A stretch of 64,000 nt of DNA from an uncultured Candidatus Saccharibacteria bacterium (lineage in GTDB: Bacteria; Patescibacteriota; Saccharimonadia; Saccharimonadales; JAGQNJ01), in assembly GCA_965231045.1 (NCBI GenBank), contig OZ246406.1:116295-180294 (forward strand), written 5' to 3'. Shown here piece after piece: positions 16,491-25,923 of this stretch (position 1 is the first letter of the stretch; each line of letters starts with the position of its first letter). The translations under genes were made by a program, and so were the position numbers. Below the pieces are notes generated by a model. That model was not told the origin of the DNA. It saw only the letters and a list, made by a program, of their open reading frames with translations, and did no database searches.

Positions 16491-17939
16491 CTATATTTTT
16501 ATCTTTGGTAATTCATCCCACCTAGTTGTAAACCTTGGCATTTGCATTCCCCTCTTTGGCTGCCAGCTATTGCCCATATCTTCAGCTGCGTAATAGACAG
16601 TCCCCTTGCCGTAGCGTTTGTTGAGTGTGTCCAAGGCATCCATACGGTTAGTAGAAAGATCATGTACATCTGGCCTAGCGTTACCAAGCAGGTCAATTTG
16701 AAAAGCCTTTTCGGGCACTAAGTCATATAGCCACACGCCGGCTCGATGATAAAAATTACGTTGATTAAATAATTCGTGTAGTTTTTTGGTAACAGCCTGT
16801 GTTATCTGCCCCGTATCGGCGGTTGGTGCTACAAACCGAATTTCAGCTGTTTTTATCTGATAACCTGGTTTGTGTCTATTGGTAGCAATAAATATCCCAG
16901 CCCTATTGGCTAGTTGCTTGCTTTCACGTAGCTTTCTTGATGTTTTGGCAGCAAAGGCAGCTATAGCCGCCTCAAGTACATGTAATTGATTGGTATCTTC
17001 ACCAAAAGTTCGTGTATTGGCGATACTCTTAGCTGGCTTCCCTACTTTTTGCAGCGGTAAACAGCTCATGCCTTTGAGCTCAGCTATCATCTGACGACCA
17101 TGAATCCCCATAAGGCTTTGAGCTAACTGTGGACGAAGTTGAATAAGGTCAGCAGCGTTGTGGATCCCCTCGGCTTTAAGTTTGGGCGCTAACCGCCAGC
17201 CGACTCCCCAGATATCTTTAATTGGAGTACGTTCCAGATACGGCAATCTATCGACTGGTGTTGGTGAATACAAATCAAGGACTCCTTGTAATCCAGGCTC
17301 TTTCTTGGCTCGATCAGCTGACAGCTTGGCCAGGGTTTTGCTACCAGCTATGCCAATAGCTACGGGCATACCCATCCACTGCAAAATTCGCTTACGAACC
17401 TCCAGTGCCCAAACTGTGTAATCCTCAATGTTGAGTTCAGACAGATCCAAGAATGACTCATCAACAGAATACATTTCTATGTGAGGTGTGATTGATTTCA
17501 ATAGAGTTGTAATTCGCCGGGATATATCGGCGTAGAGCTCAAAGTTTCCAGAAAATTGAATTACGTTATTCCTAGCAAAAACGTTGCGCCACTTAAATAC
17601 AGGTGCTCCCATAGGAATGCCAAGTGCTTTCGCTTCATTGCTTCTGGCTACCACGCAGCCGTCATTGCTAGACAGGGCCACAACGGGCTTACCTTCCATA
17701 TCGGGCCTAAATACGCGTACGCAACTGACAAAAAAGTTATTACAATCAATTAACGCGAAGACAGGCATCCTTCTGGCCTGCTGTATGGCAGAGCCAGACA
17801 CACTGCCAGAAGTTGAAGCGCTATGCTGCGTTCCAGTCTGCGCTGTTCCTTTACCGTATTGTATATACGGCTCAGTCCACTGCTCGCCTGCGCCTTGCCT
17901 ATCATCTTCATGCCAGATTCGCTTGTTCAAATGTTTCAT
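16491..17939 (-). CDS. umuC: Y-family translesion DNA polymerase UmuC
   Basis: MPVFALIDCNNFFVSCVRVFRP...SNDGCVVARSNEAKALGIPMG matches the UmuC/ImpB N-terminus. The start is ambiguous. ATG 17939 forms an ATGA overlap with the umuD stop. ATG 17768 gives a canonical-length 426-aa protein. The tracked ORF starts at 17978. Confidence 0.9.
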   Translation of the reverse strand: MKHLNKRIWHEDDRQGAGEQWTEPYIQYGKGTAQTGTQHSASTSGSVSGSAIQQARRMPVFALIDCNNFFVSCVRVFRPDMEGKPVVALSSNDGCVVARSNEAKALGIPMGAPVFKWRNVFARNNVIQFSGNFELYADISRRITTLLKSITPHIEMYSVDESFLDLSELNIEDYTVWALEVRKRILQWMGMPVAIGIAGSKTLAKLSADRAKKEPGLQGVLDLYSPTPVDRLPYLERTPIKDIWGVGWRLAPKLKAEGIHNAADLIQLRPQLAQSLMGIHGRQMIAELKGMSCLPLQKVGKPAKSIANTRTFGEDTNQLHVLEAAIAAFAAKTSRKLRESKQLANRAGIFIATNRHKPGYQIKTAEIRFVAPTADTGQITQAVTKKLHELFNQRNFYHRAGVWLYDLVPEKAFQIDLLGNARPDVHDLSTNRMDALDTLNKRYGKGTVYYAAEDMGNSWQPKRGMQMPRFTTRWDELPKIKI

Positions 17940-18301
17940 GAGCGGTACCTGTGTACGATGGAAATCACCACGCCCCAAACACTAGTATCCAGTGGTAATT
18001 TATGAAATTTAGAGATTACAAAACTAGTTTCGTCCCACCATATAACCAGGTCAATTGGCTTTGGTGTAAGCGACCGGTCAATAATCGCCAAATCTTCTTT
18101 AAAGATTCCAAACTTTTCCCATAAGTTACTGTCAATCCGCATAAAGAATGTGCTGAGGGGATGCTTAATTAGCAGCTTATGAAGATCTAGCGGCACGATG
18201 GTGGTATCGCTAGCCGGGTTTGGGAACCCTCTATGCTCAGTAACTACACCTTCCTCTAAATTGCCATCAATTTTATCGTATGAATTATCTACTACAACCA
18301 T
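17936..18301 (-). CDS. umuD: UmuD-like S24 peptidase
   Basis: GFPNPASD...LDLHKLLIKHPLSTFFMRIDS...DLAIID...FVISKF aligns with E. coli UmuD GFPSPAAD...[24 protein letters not shown]...DLLIVD...FTVKKL. Ser and Lys are present at the catalytic dyad positions. Confidence 0.8.
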   Translation of the reverse strand: MVVVDNSYDKIDGNLEEGVVTEHRGFPNPASDTTIVPLDLHKLLIKHPLSTFFMRIDSNLWEKFGIFKEDLAIIDRSLTPKPIDLVIWWDETSFVISKFHKLPLDTSVWGVVISIVHRYRS

Positions 18302-18480
18302 TACAAAGACTCCTGTTTTAACAGTTTATAAGAGAGTTTTGTCGCTCGGCTTCAGCCTCAGCACGACGATAAGTCGGACAGATGTTAGTCTGTAATGGTT
18401 TTAAGCTTGTAGGTGGAAATTTACGCGAACGTAAAAGTACCTACACTGCTAATACTTATTATACGCTACGTATGCAAGTT

Positions 18481-18918
18481 TTATTTTTCTAGAGACTGCA
18501 GAATATCAACTAGCTCGTAAGGAGTTACGTTGGCCTTTACTATATAGCCATCAGCTTGTTTTTCGATAGCTTTACGAGCATCTTCAGTTTGTTCCAGGTT
18601 AGTGGTAATAATAATCTTGGCCTTAATTGGCTTCGGCTGGCTTGGATCACGCAATTTCTTAAGGATTTCGATGCCGGTAAGGTTTGGAACCATAATATCA
18701 AGCAAGATAATGTCATAATTATTAGTAAGAGCTTCTTTGAGGCCATCTTCGCCATCAATCACAACTTTAACTTGATAGCCTGCCTTGGTAAGGGCGCGAG
18801 TATAGAGCTCGCTAATGAAATGCTCATCTTCTATGCACAACACGTTTTTATAATGCGGGCTTGACGAGGATATCTGTTCCGACGGTAATTTGACTTGGTC
18901 TGATTGATCATGGTCCAT
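18481..18918 (-). CDS. Single-domain response regulator (receiver only)
   Basis: VLCIEDEHFISELY...DIILLDIMVPNLTGIE...IITTNLEQ...ADGYIVKA. 145 aa with no output domain. Confidence 0.88.
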   Translation of the reverse strand: MDHDQSDQVKLPSEQISSSSPHYKNVLCIEDEHFISELYTRALTKAGYQVKVVIDGEDGLKEALTNNYDIILLDIMVPNLTGIEILKKLRDPSQPKPIKAKIIITTNLEQTEDARKAIEKQADGYIVKANVTPYELVDILQSLEK

Positions 18919-18921
18919 TGG

Positions 18922-20466
18922 TTATCTCCTATAAAATGAATGGTTCTTAATCCAGCCATGAGCGATACGTGTGATATCCTCTTTATTATCAGATTTTTTA
19001 AGTTCGGCGGCAAGCTGGGTATATGGAACTAATGAAAAACCAAAGGTACTACCTTCGTTTTCTTTGGATTGTACCCAAATTTGACCACCGTGAGCCGTTA
19101 CAATCGATTTGGATAAATATAGACCGAGGCCAGTTCCACCAACTTGTGCTCGACTTCTATGGTTACGATAAAACTTCTCAAAAAGATTACCAATGATGTT
19201 GGCAGGAATACCAATTCCAAAATCCTGAACCGTAGTTTCAACCATGCCATTATTACCAACAAATGACCTAACAACAATGCGATTACTCTTATTGCTATAC
19301 TTTATGGCGTTATCGATAAGGTTTATGATTACCTCGGAGATAGTTATTCGATCAATTGCAACTGTCGGTAGATTGCTCTGTAATTGCAAAACTATTTGTT
19401 TGCCATGTACCTGAGCACGTAGATTTAGGGTTTCTAGGGTACTTCGTAGGACATTTTCCCATTTCTCTTCTTTAAGTTGTAGGAATAACTGATCTTCCTC
19501 GACACGGGCAACGTTCAGGATGTTGGTGACAAAATTAGCTAACTGTTGAGCGGCAGCCTGCATTTTTTTAACATATCCAGTGAGTTCTGGATCTAGTTTG
19601 CCGGCCAGCTCTTTATCCAGGACTTCTATATAACCCCTAATCATCGTTAGCGGGGTTCTAAGCTCGTGCACAGCAAGTGCCACAAAGCCCATGGCATCAT
19701 CATCCTGACTGTACTTAGTTGTTTGATCGAATAGTCCAACTATCGTCTCGACATTGTTAGGGTTGTTTTTGTTGTAGTAGGCAACCATATCGAACTGTTT
19801 TCGTTGCTTTTGAGGGGTTTCTACACGAACTCGTTCCCAGGTGCCAGTTGCAGTTAGTTTGTCCTTTCGACAGGCCGCCAACCAAGTATCAAAAGTTTGG
19901 TCACTAGCAAACGACAAATCCAATATAGAGTACATATTCTTGCCAATAATTTCGTTGATGGGCAGACCAATATATTCGCTTATTGCTTTGTTAGCAAAGA
20001 CAATAATCTGTTCCCTATCTAAAACGACCACAGGAATCGGTAGATTATTTACTACTGCTTCACTTTGGTCGCTAACTGTCTTAGTCTCTTGTTTTGTAGT
20101 TATATTCTTATTCTCTAGAGTACTGGCCAGTTGATAAACCTCAAGAGCTAATGTCGTTACAAGCTCTCGACCAACTTTTGTTTTCTCAAGATTAGGCGCG
20201 GGTGTTCCTTGGTGCTCCGGAGCAACATGAAGAATCGCCTGTCTTAATGTCTGAAGAGGTTCTGTAACGTAATTAGTTAAATATTTAGAATACGCAAATG
20301 AAATTATTACAACTAATACTGCCGCAATTACTCCAGTTATGTAAGTATTTACGTGCAAATAGTTGACTAGTACAAGCCCAAAACCAATCAGCAATAAATT
20401 TGTCCCCAACATCACCATTAAGACATGCTGTTGGATTTGTTTTTTAAGTTTTTGGAAGTGATCCAC
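18922..20466 (-). CDS. Sensor histidine kinase (2 TM, PAS-like, HisKA, HATPase_c)
   Basis: H-box ALAVHELRTPL, N-box LIDNAIKYS, and G-boxes DFGIGIP and GGTGLGL. Confidence 0.9.
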   Translation of the reverse strand: MDHFQKLKKQIQQHVLMVMLGTNLLLIGFGLVLVNYLHVNTYITGVIAAVLVVIISFAYSKYLTNYVTEPLQTLRQAILHVAPEHQGTPAPNLEKTKVGRELVTTLALEVYQLASTLENKNITTKQETKTVSDQSEAVVNNLPIPVVVLDREQIIVFANKAISEYIGLPINEIIGKNMYSILDLSFASDQTFDTWLAACRKDKLTATGTWERVRVETPQKQRKQFDMVAYYNKNNPNNVETIVGLFDQTTKYSQDDDAMGFVALAVHELRTPLTMIRGYIEVLDKELAGKLDPELTGYVKKMQAAAQQLANFVTNILNVARVEEDQLFLQLKEEKWENVLRSTLETLNLRAQVHGKQIVLQLQSNLPTVAIDRITISEVIINLIDNAIKYSNKSNRIVVRSFVGNNGMVETTVQDFGIGIPANIIGNLFEKFYRNHRSRAQVGGTGLGLYLSKSIVTAHGGQIWVQSKENEGSTFGFSLVPYTQLAAELKKSDNKEDITRIAHGWIKNHSFYRR

Positions 20467-20477
20467 CGCCTACCACC

Positions 20478-21710
20478 CTACGGCTTGGCGCTGATGTTAT
20501 TGGCATCGCCCACCGCCGTTATCCAGGTTGCCCCGGGGGTCAATTGTATTGGCTTACCTGCTGGGTCAGTAAAGGTAATCTGGCTACCGGCATCTTTTTT
20601 AGACCAATTACCTTGTAATTGTTCACCGTTTTGAAATATATAAACTGGACCAGTCCCGCCGGTTTGATACAGTGAGTGATAGCCATCGCCCATCAGTCCA
20701 ACTTTAGTTACCATGACAACTACAACTTTTGCACTTATCTGTTGACCGCTCTTGTCATCGACATGTGGCTTGCCGCCCTCACTTCTTAGGTAGCTATTTG
20801 ATGCGCTGTCGTAATCCCAGTGTGGGTTGTATAAAAATCCCGATAAGTTAACATCAATTGTTTTGTATGTTGGTGTAGCCACTGGCGCTTCTTTTTTGGC
20901 GCGAGTAAAACCAGTATAGTCACTGCTAGTCCAACCTTTGGAAGTTTCAAGGGCCCGAAGTTCGCCCATACTTGTATAGACGTTGTGTGGCGCGAAACGG
21001 GTTGAAATCCTATGATAGGGTGCTGGGTTATAAAATTGATCCATATCTTTGACACCAAGTTCCTTAATACGCGCTAAACCATCTCCACTTCCACCAACAT
21101 GAGCATAAGGAGCGTCAAAAGCTTTCTCCCACTCAACATAATATGGTCGGGCGCTTCTAACTGGTCCAATGTACCCAGGTTCAGTATCTTGAAATAATGC
21201 TAAGAACCGGGTAATACCACCTTCGGCTACGGCCTCAAAAACAACACCGGCTTCTTTTAGACCAGCCTGTGGCCTGGCATCTGGGCTGTTCTCTATCATC
21301 ACGGCAGTAACCGGACGTTTATTAACGTCAAAACCTACCTGAAGACCTGTTAGTTTTGAGGCTTCCGTAGTAGGTTTCGGTTCTGCTTTTTTGGCTACTG
21401 GCGCTGACGCCGTGCTAGCCGGAGCCTTTTTGTGCTTCCACACCCATGCGTAGCCTAGCAGCCCCGCTAAACACACGATTAACAAAATGATCAATATTAT
21501 CTTCTGTTTTTTACTCAACTTTTGATTCAATTTTTTAAAAATTCCCTTTTTTTCGTTCATCGTTTTTGGCGGTTCCTTTGGTTCTTGCAATTCTTCATTT
21601 TGAGCAGCCTCCTCTGGTGTCTTGAAATCAGACTCACTAATGTCGAGATTGTCTGCGGCGTTATCAGTATTACTTTTTTGGTCGTTTGGCACTAAAAAAT
21701 CATCATTCAT
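20478..21710 (-). CDS. DUF3048 (YerB-like) membrane-anchored protein
   Basis: One TM segment (IILIILLIVCLAGLLGYAWVW), then VMIENSPDARPQAGLKEAGVVFEAVAEGGITRFLALF, which is typical of the DUF3048 family. Confidence 0.78.
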   Translation of the reverse strand: MNDDFLVPNDQKSNTDNAADNLDISESDFKTPEEAAQNEELQEPKEPPKTMNEKKGIFKKLNQKLSKKQKIILIILLIVCLAGLLGYAWVWKHKKAPASTASAPVAKKAEPKPTTEASKLTGLQVGFDVNKRPVTAVMIENSPDARPQAGLKEAGVVFEAVAEGGITRFLALFQDTEPGYIGPVRSARPYYVEWEKAFDAPYAHVGGSGDGLARIKELGVKDMDQFYNPAPYHRISTRFAPHNVYTSMGELRALETSKGWTSSDYTGFTRAKKEAPVATPTYKTIDVNLSGFLYNPHWDYDSASNSYLRSEGGKPHVDDKSGQQISAKVVVVMVTKVGLMGDGYHSLYQTGGTGPVYIFQNGEQLQGNWSKKDAGSQITFTDPAGKPIQLTPGATWITAVGDANNISAKP

Positions 21711-21742
21711 ATAAGGGGTGCTTTTACGCTTATGTTTACTGT

Positions 21743-23167
21743 TTATAGTTTAGCACAAGTTTCATCTATACGAGATAGACTTTTCTCTTTGCCGAGTAGT
21801 TCTAAAGTTTCAGCAAGTCCTGGTGAGGCTGGGGCCTGGGTTGTGGCAATTCGGATGAGGCTAAATAAGACTCCGGGCTTTTGGTTCGTCTCTGTCAATA
21901 GGTCATTAAGGGTCTTAGTTAGCGACTCTTGAATAAAATCTGTCTGAGAGAGTGTTGTCTTGCTAGTTTCTAGCAACTTTTTGAGTTCGTCATGACTGAA
22001 TTTTTTCAGTTGTTTGTTGTTATCTATCAAGCTCAAGTCAACAGGCAGATCCTTAAAGAAAAACAAAGTTAACGCCGGCAGTTCTTTAAAATATTTTAGT
22101 CTTTCTTGTATTAGCCCTAGAACTTTCGTTTTATATGTGTCATCAAACTTACTGGCTTCTTCCGGCCAGAAACCAGGCGCCATCTTAAACAGTTCATTTA
22201 TTTTGGCTTGACGAATGAAGTGGCCATTAGTCCAAAGTAGGCGTTGTTCATCAAAACGTGCACCACTTTTTTGAACACGATTCAAACTAAACTTATTTAT
22301 TAATTCCTCATGGGTAAATACTTCCTGTTCGGTGCCGTCATTCCAGCCCAAAGTTGCTATAAAGCTCACCAGTGCCTCAGGCAGATAGCCGTCGCGAATG
22401 TAGTCAAGAACGTCCTTGGCACCGTCACGTTTTGATAGTTTCTTGGTGCCACTCTCACCTAAAATGTGCGGGACAGTGGCAATGATTGGCGGCTTAATCC
22501 CCAGAGCTTCATAAAGATTTAGGTAATTTGGAGTGCTCGCTAAAAATTCTTGACCTCGGATGATGTGGCTTACTTCCATTTCGGCATCATCAACAATGTG
22601 AGAAAAGTTATAGGTTGGAAATCCATCAGATTTAATTAATACGAAGTCGTCAATGACTTCTGCCCCAGTAGATAGTTCCCCCATGACTTCGTCATGCCAA
22701 GTGTAAGCCTTGGGATCTGATTTGAACCTGAGCGGTTGGCTCCCATCCCAGGCCGGAGGGTTCTCTGGCCGATGATTACGATATAAAAATGGTTTCTTTT
22801 CTTTCTGTGCTTGATCACGAAAAGTTTGCACCTCTTCCGGGCTGTATGGGTCGGCGTAGGCGCGGCCCGCATCAACTAGTTTTTGGGCCCACTGTTTGTA
22901 GCTCTCAAGCCGTTCACTTTGGCGGTATGGAGCAAATTTTCCCCCAACATCGGGCCCCTCACCATAATTAATGCCAAGTGCATGAAGGCTGTCATAAATA
23001 TGCTGATCAGCGCCCTCAACCTCGCGCTTTTTATCGGTGTCTTCAAGCCTGAGTATAAACTCTCCCTTGGCTTGTTTTGCAACGAGATATGCGAATAGAG
23101 CAGTGCGAATACCGCCAACATGCAAATAACCAGTAGGGCTTGGTGCGAAACGAGTCCGAACTTTCAT
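21743..23167 (-). CDS. gltX: Glutamate--tRNA ligase
   Basis: RTRFAPSPTGYLHVGGIRTALF carries the HIGH motif, and LSKRDGA is the KMSKS-like motif. Confidence 0.96.
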   Translation of the reverse strand: MKVRTRFAPSPTGYLHVGGIRTALFAYLVAKQAKGEFILRLEDTDKKREVEGADQHIYDSLHALGINYGEGPDVGGKFAPYRQSERLESYKQWAQKLVDAGRAYADPYSPEEVQTFRDQAQKEKKPFLYRNHRPENPPAWDGSQPLRFKSDPKAYTWHDEVMGELSTGAEVIDDFVLIKSDGFPTYNFSHIVDDAEMEVSHIIRGQEFLASTPNYLNLYEALGIKPPIIATVPHILGESGTKKLSKRDGAKDVLDYIRDGYLPEALVSFIATLGWNDGTEQEVFTHEELINKFSLNRVQKSGARFDEQRLLWTNGHFIRQAKINELFKMAPGFWPEEASKFDDTYKTKVLGLIQERLKYFKELPALTLFFFKDLPVDLSLIDNNKQLKKFSHDELKKLLETSKTTLSQTDFIQESLTKTLNDLLTETNQKPGVLFSLIRIATTQAPASPGLAETLELLGKEKSLSRIDETCAKL

Positions 23168-23188
23168 TAGTAGTATTGTATCAGATAG

Positions 23189-24283
23189 CTATATAGAGTC
23201 TGCTATATGAATAAGCTGGTCACTATTTAGAGACGAATTGCCTTCAACTTGGTACCAAACACCACCACTCACCCAGGTTGCACTACTGCCGTCATATATA
23301 TAGATCGTTCGACCATTGTCTTGGTAAGTTTGATATTGCTTGTTATTGGCCAGAAGAAAGTTTGATAACAAAGCTTCACTGCTCCAATTAGATACTTTTT
23401 GGGTAACGTGAAAATTACGCTGATCACTGTTTGACTTGAAATTAAGTGTAACTTGGCCTGGCCCATATTCTATAGGTCCCTTAAGCCCGAAACCTGATGG
23501 TTGATATCTTGGCATGGCAGCTGCGAACCCTGCCCTATTGGCGGCAATACGCATACTTATATTGGGGGCGTTTTGGTAAGCCACAAAACCAGCAAGTAAT
23601 AAGGCTGCAAGGGCGCCAGTACCAAAATGAATTACCCTAGGGCTGACACCAAGCCTTTTGGCAACCCGATGTTTACGAACTTTATGATGTTGCACCTCAG
23701 GTTCTTTGGCATCGCGCATAGCTTTAGACAACATATGCTCTTTAATTATTTGATTATGAGTTGGTACGTGAGCATTTTCAGAGTGTTTACTATCTGTACG
23801 GGCAGGAGCCGGTTTGACGTGTAACGGTTCAGTTTTCTTAATAACCCGATGTGGTGCTGCAAGAACTGATCCAAATTTTGAGATAAGTGGGCTTTTGGGG
23901 ATGGCTTTGGCCCGTTCTTCACGTGGTGAATGTGAAGTTTTTGGCTTAATATGCTGGTTTTCGGTCTGGGTGCTGGTAAATGACGGCTTTTTTAGCCCTT
24001 TGCGCATCAATGTTTTAGCGTGGTGCACTCGGTGTCTAGAGGCATTACTTGCGGCATGATGAACGGCTGTTTTGGATTTCGGTGTGGCAGGCTTAGGGCG
24101 AGGTAGGTGTGAAGTATGGGATTTAGGTCGTTTTACAAAACCATCAATAACTGCGCCATTTTGTGGTTTGATGACAACAGGTTTAGCTGTAGTAGGAGAA
24201 GTGTTAGAAGCACCTAGCTCTTTACCGCTAGTTGCATCATATAATTTACCGTTAAGTTCAATAACATTTTTGTGGGCGCTCAC
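23189..24283 (-). CDS. Hypothetical bitopic membrane protein with a basic, His/Lys/Pro-rich cytoplasmic half
   Basis: 364 aa with one TM segment (FGTGALAALLLAGFVAY) and an extracytoplasmic C-terminal domain of about 130 aa. Confidence 0.6.
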   Translation of the reverse strand: MSAHKNVIELNGKLYDATSGKELGASNTSPTTAKPVVIKPQNGAVIDGFVKRPKSHTSHLPRPKPATPKSKTAVHHAASNASRHRVHHAKTLMRKGLKKPSFTSTQTENQHIKPKTSHSPREERAKAIPKSPLISKFGSVLAAPHRVIKKTEPLHVKPAPARTDSKHSENAHVPTHNQIIKEHMLSKAMRDAKEPEVQHHKVRKHRVAKRLGVSPRVIHFGTGALAALLLAGFVAYQNAPNISMRIAANRAGFAAAMPRYQPSGFGLKGPIEYGPGQVTLNFKSNSDQRNFHVTQKVSNWSSEALLSNFLLANNKQYQTYQDNGRTIYIYDGSSATWVSGGVWYQVEGNSSLNSDQLIHIADSI

Positions 24284-24438
24284 GCCTTGTTACCCTCGAT
24301 ACTGTTTATGCTAACAATTTCTATACTAATCTTAACTCCGAATTGTCTGTCGAGCAAGTATACAAGTGATTCTTTGGTTTAGGTTATAGACTTTTAAGCG
24401 GTTATGAGTATAAACTGTGTCTAGAGAAACAAAATTAT

Positions 24439-25923
24439 ATGGATTTTCTAGACCCTCGTAAAAAACGTGCTCATCTTATTCGTCTCTACATCGGTTATGC
24501 GCTTATGGCAATTGCCGTTGGTAGTGCGACTATAATTTTATTGTATACATCTTTTGGCTATGGGGTTGATAGACATACCGGTAAAGTTATCCAGAATGGT
24601 CTCGTATTTCTATCATCAAATCCTAGCAATGCCAATATTTCAATTGTTGATAGTCGTGGCAAGAAACAACCTAATGCTCAAACTGATACTCGGCTAAATA
24701 TCCCAGCCGGAGATTATACAGTTACCCTTTCTAAGGATGGCTATAGGGATTGGAGGCGTAATTTTACCTTAGATGGAGGAAGTGTCGAACAGCTGGTTTA
24801 TCCTCTATTGTTCCCAAAAGATCTTAAGACCAAAGAAACCGAGTTATACTCAACTACCCCCGCTCTTATTACAAATAGCCCCGATCGACACTGGATTTTG
24901 GTTTTAAAGCCTGGGTCACAAACTGACTTTGATGTCTACGATGCTAATCAGACCGATCCAACACCTAAAACAGTATCGATTCCTGGAGATCTGATTACTG
25001 CTGGCCCTAATCAATCGCTTAAAGTTATTGAATGGTCGACCGATAACAAGCATGTTCTGCTCAAACATACATATGCCGATACATATGAATTTATTATGTT
25101 CAACGAGGACGCTCCAAATGAGAGTGTTAATATCAACAAACAGCTAAGCATGTCGCCAACTGAAGCAGTTCTATATAACAAAGATGCTAACCAGTTATAC
25201 GTTTATAACGCTCAGGGCGGTGTGCTGCAACGAGCAGTAATAAAAGATAAGAAAGTAACTCCTCTACTAAGCAATGTGTTGGCCTTCAAACCACATGGTT
25301 CAGATATGCTTGAATATATTTCGTCTGACACGCTGGCTAAGGACGGTAAAGTGGCGGTTCGTTTGTGGAATAACGATAATGAGTACACCCTACGAGAATT
25401 ACCAGCAAACACAACCTATTTACTTGATCTGGCTCGCTTTAATAACAACTGGTACGTGGTTGCTGGCGCAAAGAGTGATAATCAAGTGTATGTTTATAAG
25501 AACCCATTAGATGTATTAACAAAGAAAGATTCTAAGCTAACACTTCCAGCACGAACTCTCAGAATGGAAAGCCCTGAAAAAGTTGGCTTCTCGGCTAATA
25601 CCCGATTTATTTCAGTGCAAGGTGGCAAAAACTTTAGTATTTACGATGCCGAAGCCGATAGACAGTATCGTTTCAAAGTTGATAAGGATTTTGACCCTAG
25701 TACTCCAGCATCATGGATGGACGGGCATCGTATCACGGCTGTCAGTAACGGGCAGATTATTGTGTTTGATTTTGATGGCAGCAACTTACAAACATTAAAT
25801 AGTGCTGCTGGCGGTACTACACCATTATTTGACCGAGAATATTCAGCTATTTATTCCCTTGCTGACTCTAGCCAAGTCAAAGGGCGCGCTGCACTAACCA
25901 GAACTGCCCTTAGAGTACCCTAG
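24439..25923 (+). CDS. PEGA-domain membrane protein with a C-terminal beta-rich (propeller-like) region
   Basis: N-terminal TM segment. NANISIVDSRG...LNIPAGDYTVTLSKDGYRDWRRNFTL is a PEGA-like module. Confidence 0.7.
   Translation: MDFLDPRKKRAHLIRLYIGYALMAIAVGSATIILLYTSFGYGVDRHTGKVIQNGLVFLSSNPSNANISIVDSRGKKQPNAQTDTRLNIPAGDYTVTLSKDGYRDWRRNFTLDGGSVEQLVYPLLFPKDLKTKETELYSTTPALITNSPDRHWILVLKPGSQTDFDVYDANQTDPTPKTVSIPGDLITAGPNQSLKVIEWSTDNKHVLLKHTYADTYEFIMFNEDAPNESVNINKQLSMSPTEAVLYNKDANQLYVYNAQGGVLQRAVIKDKKVTPLLSNVLAFKPHGSDMLEYISSDTLAKDGKVAVRLWNNDNEYTLRELPANTTYLLDLARFNNNWYVVAGAKSDNQVYVYKNPLDVLTKKDSKLTLPARTLRMESPEKVGFSANTRFISVQGGKNFSIYDAEADRQYRFKVDKDFDPSTPASWMDGHRITAVSNGQIIVFDFDGSNLQTLNSAAGGTTPLFDREYSAIYSLADSSQVKGRAALTRTALRVP

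Noticed and set aside
18425-18440. A possible LexA/SOS operator upstream of umuD: CGAACGTAAAAGTACC (GAAC-N6-GTAC). It is reminiscent of the Gram-positive CGAAC-N4-GTTCG box and shares GCGAAC with the 16-nt repeat at 640 and 1195.
   Set aside because: The spacing and the second half-site do not match any LexA consensus I know. No lexA gene lies in the window. The -35 region of the putative promoter (TATAAT at 18458-18463) is poor. It could only be tested by genome-wide motif recurrence.
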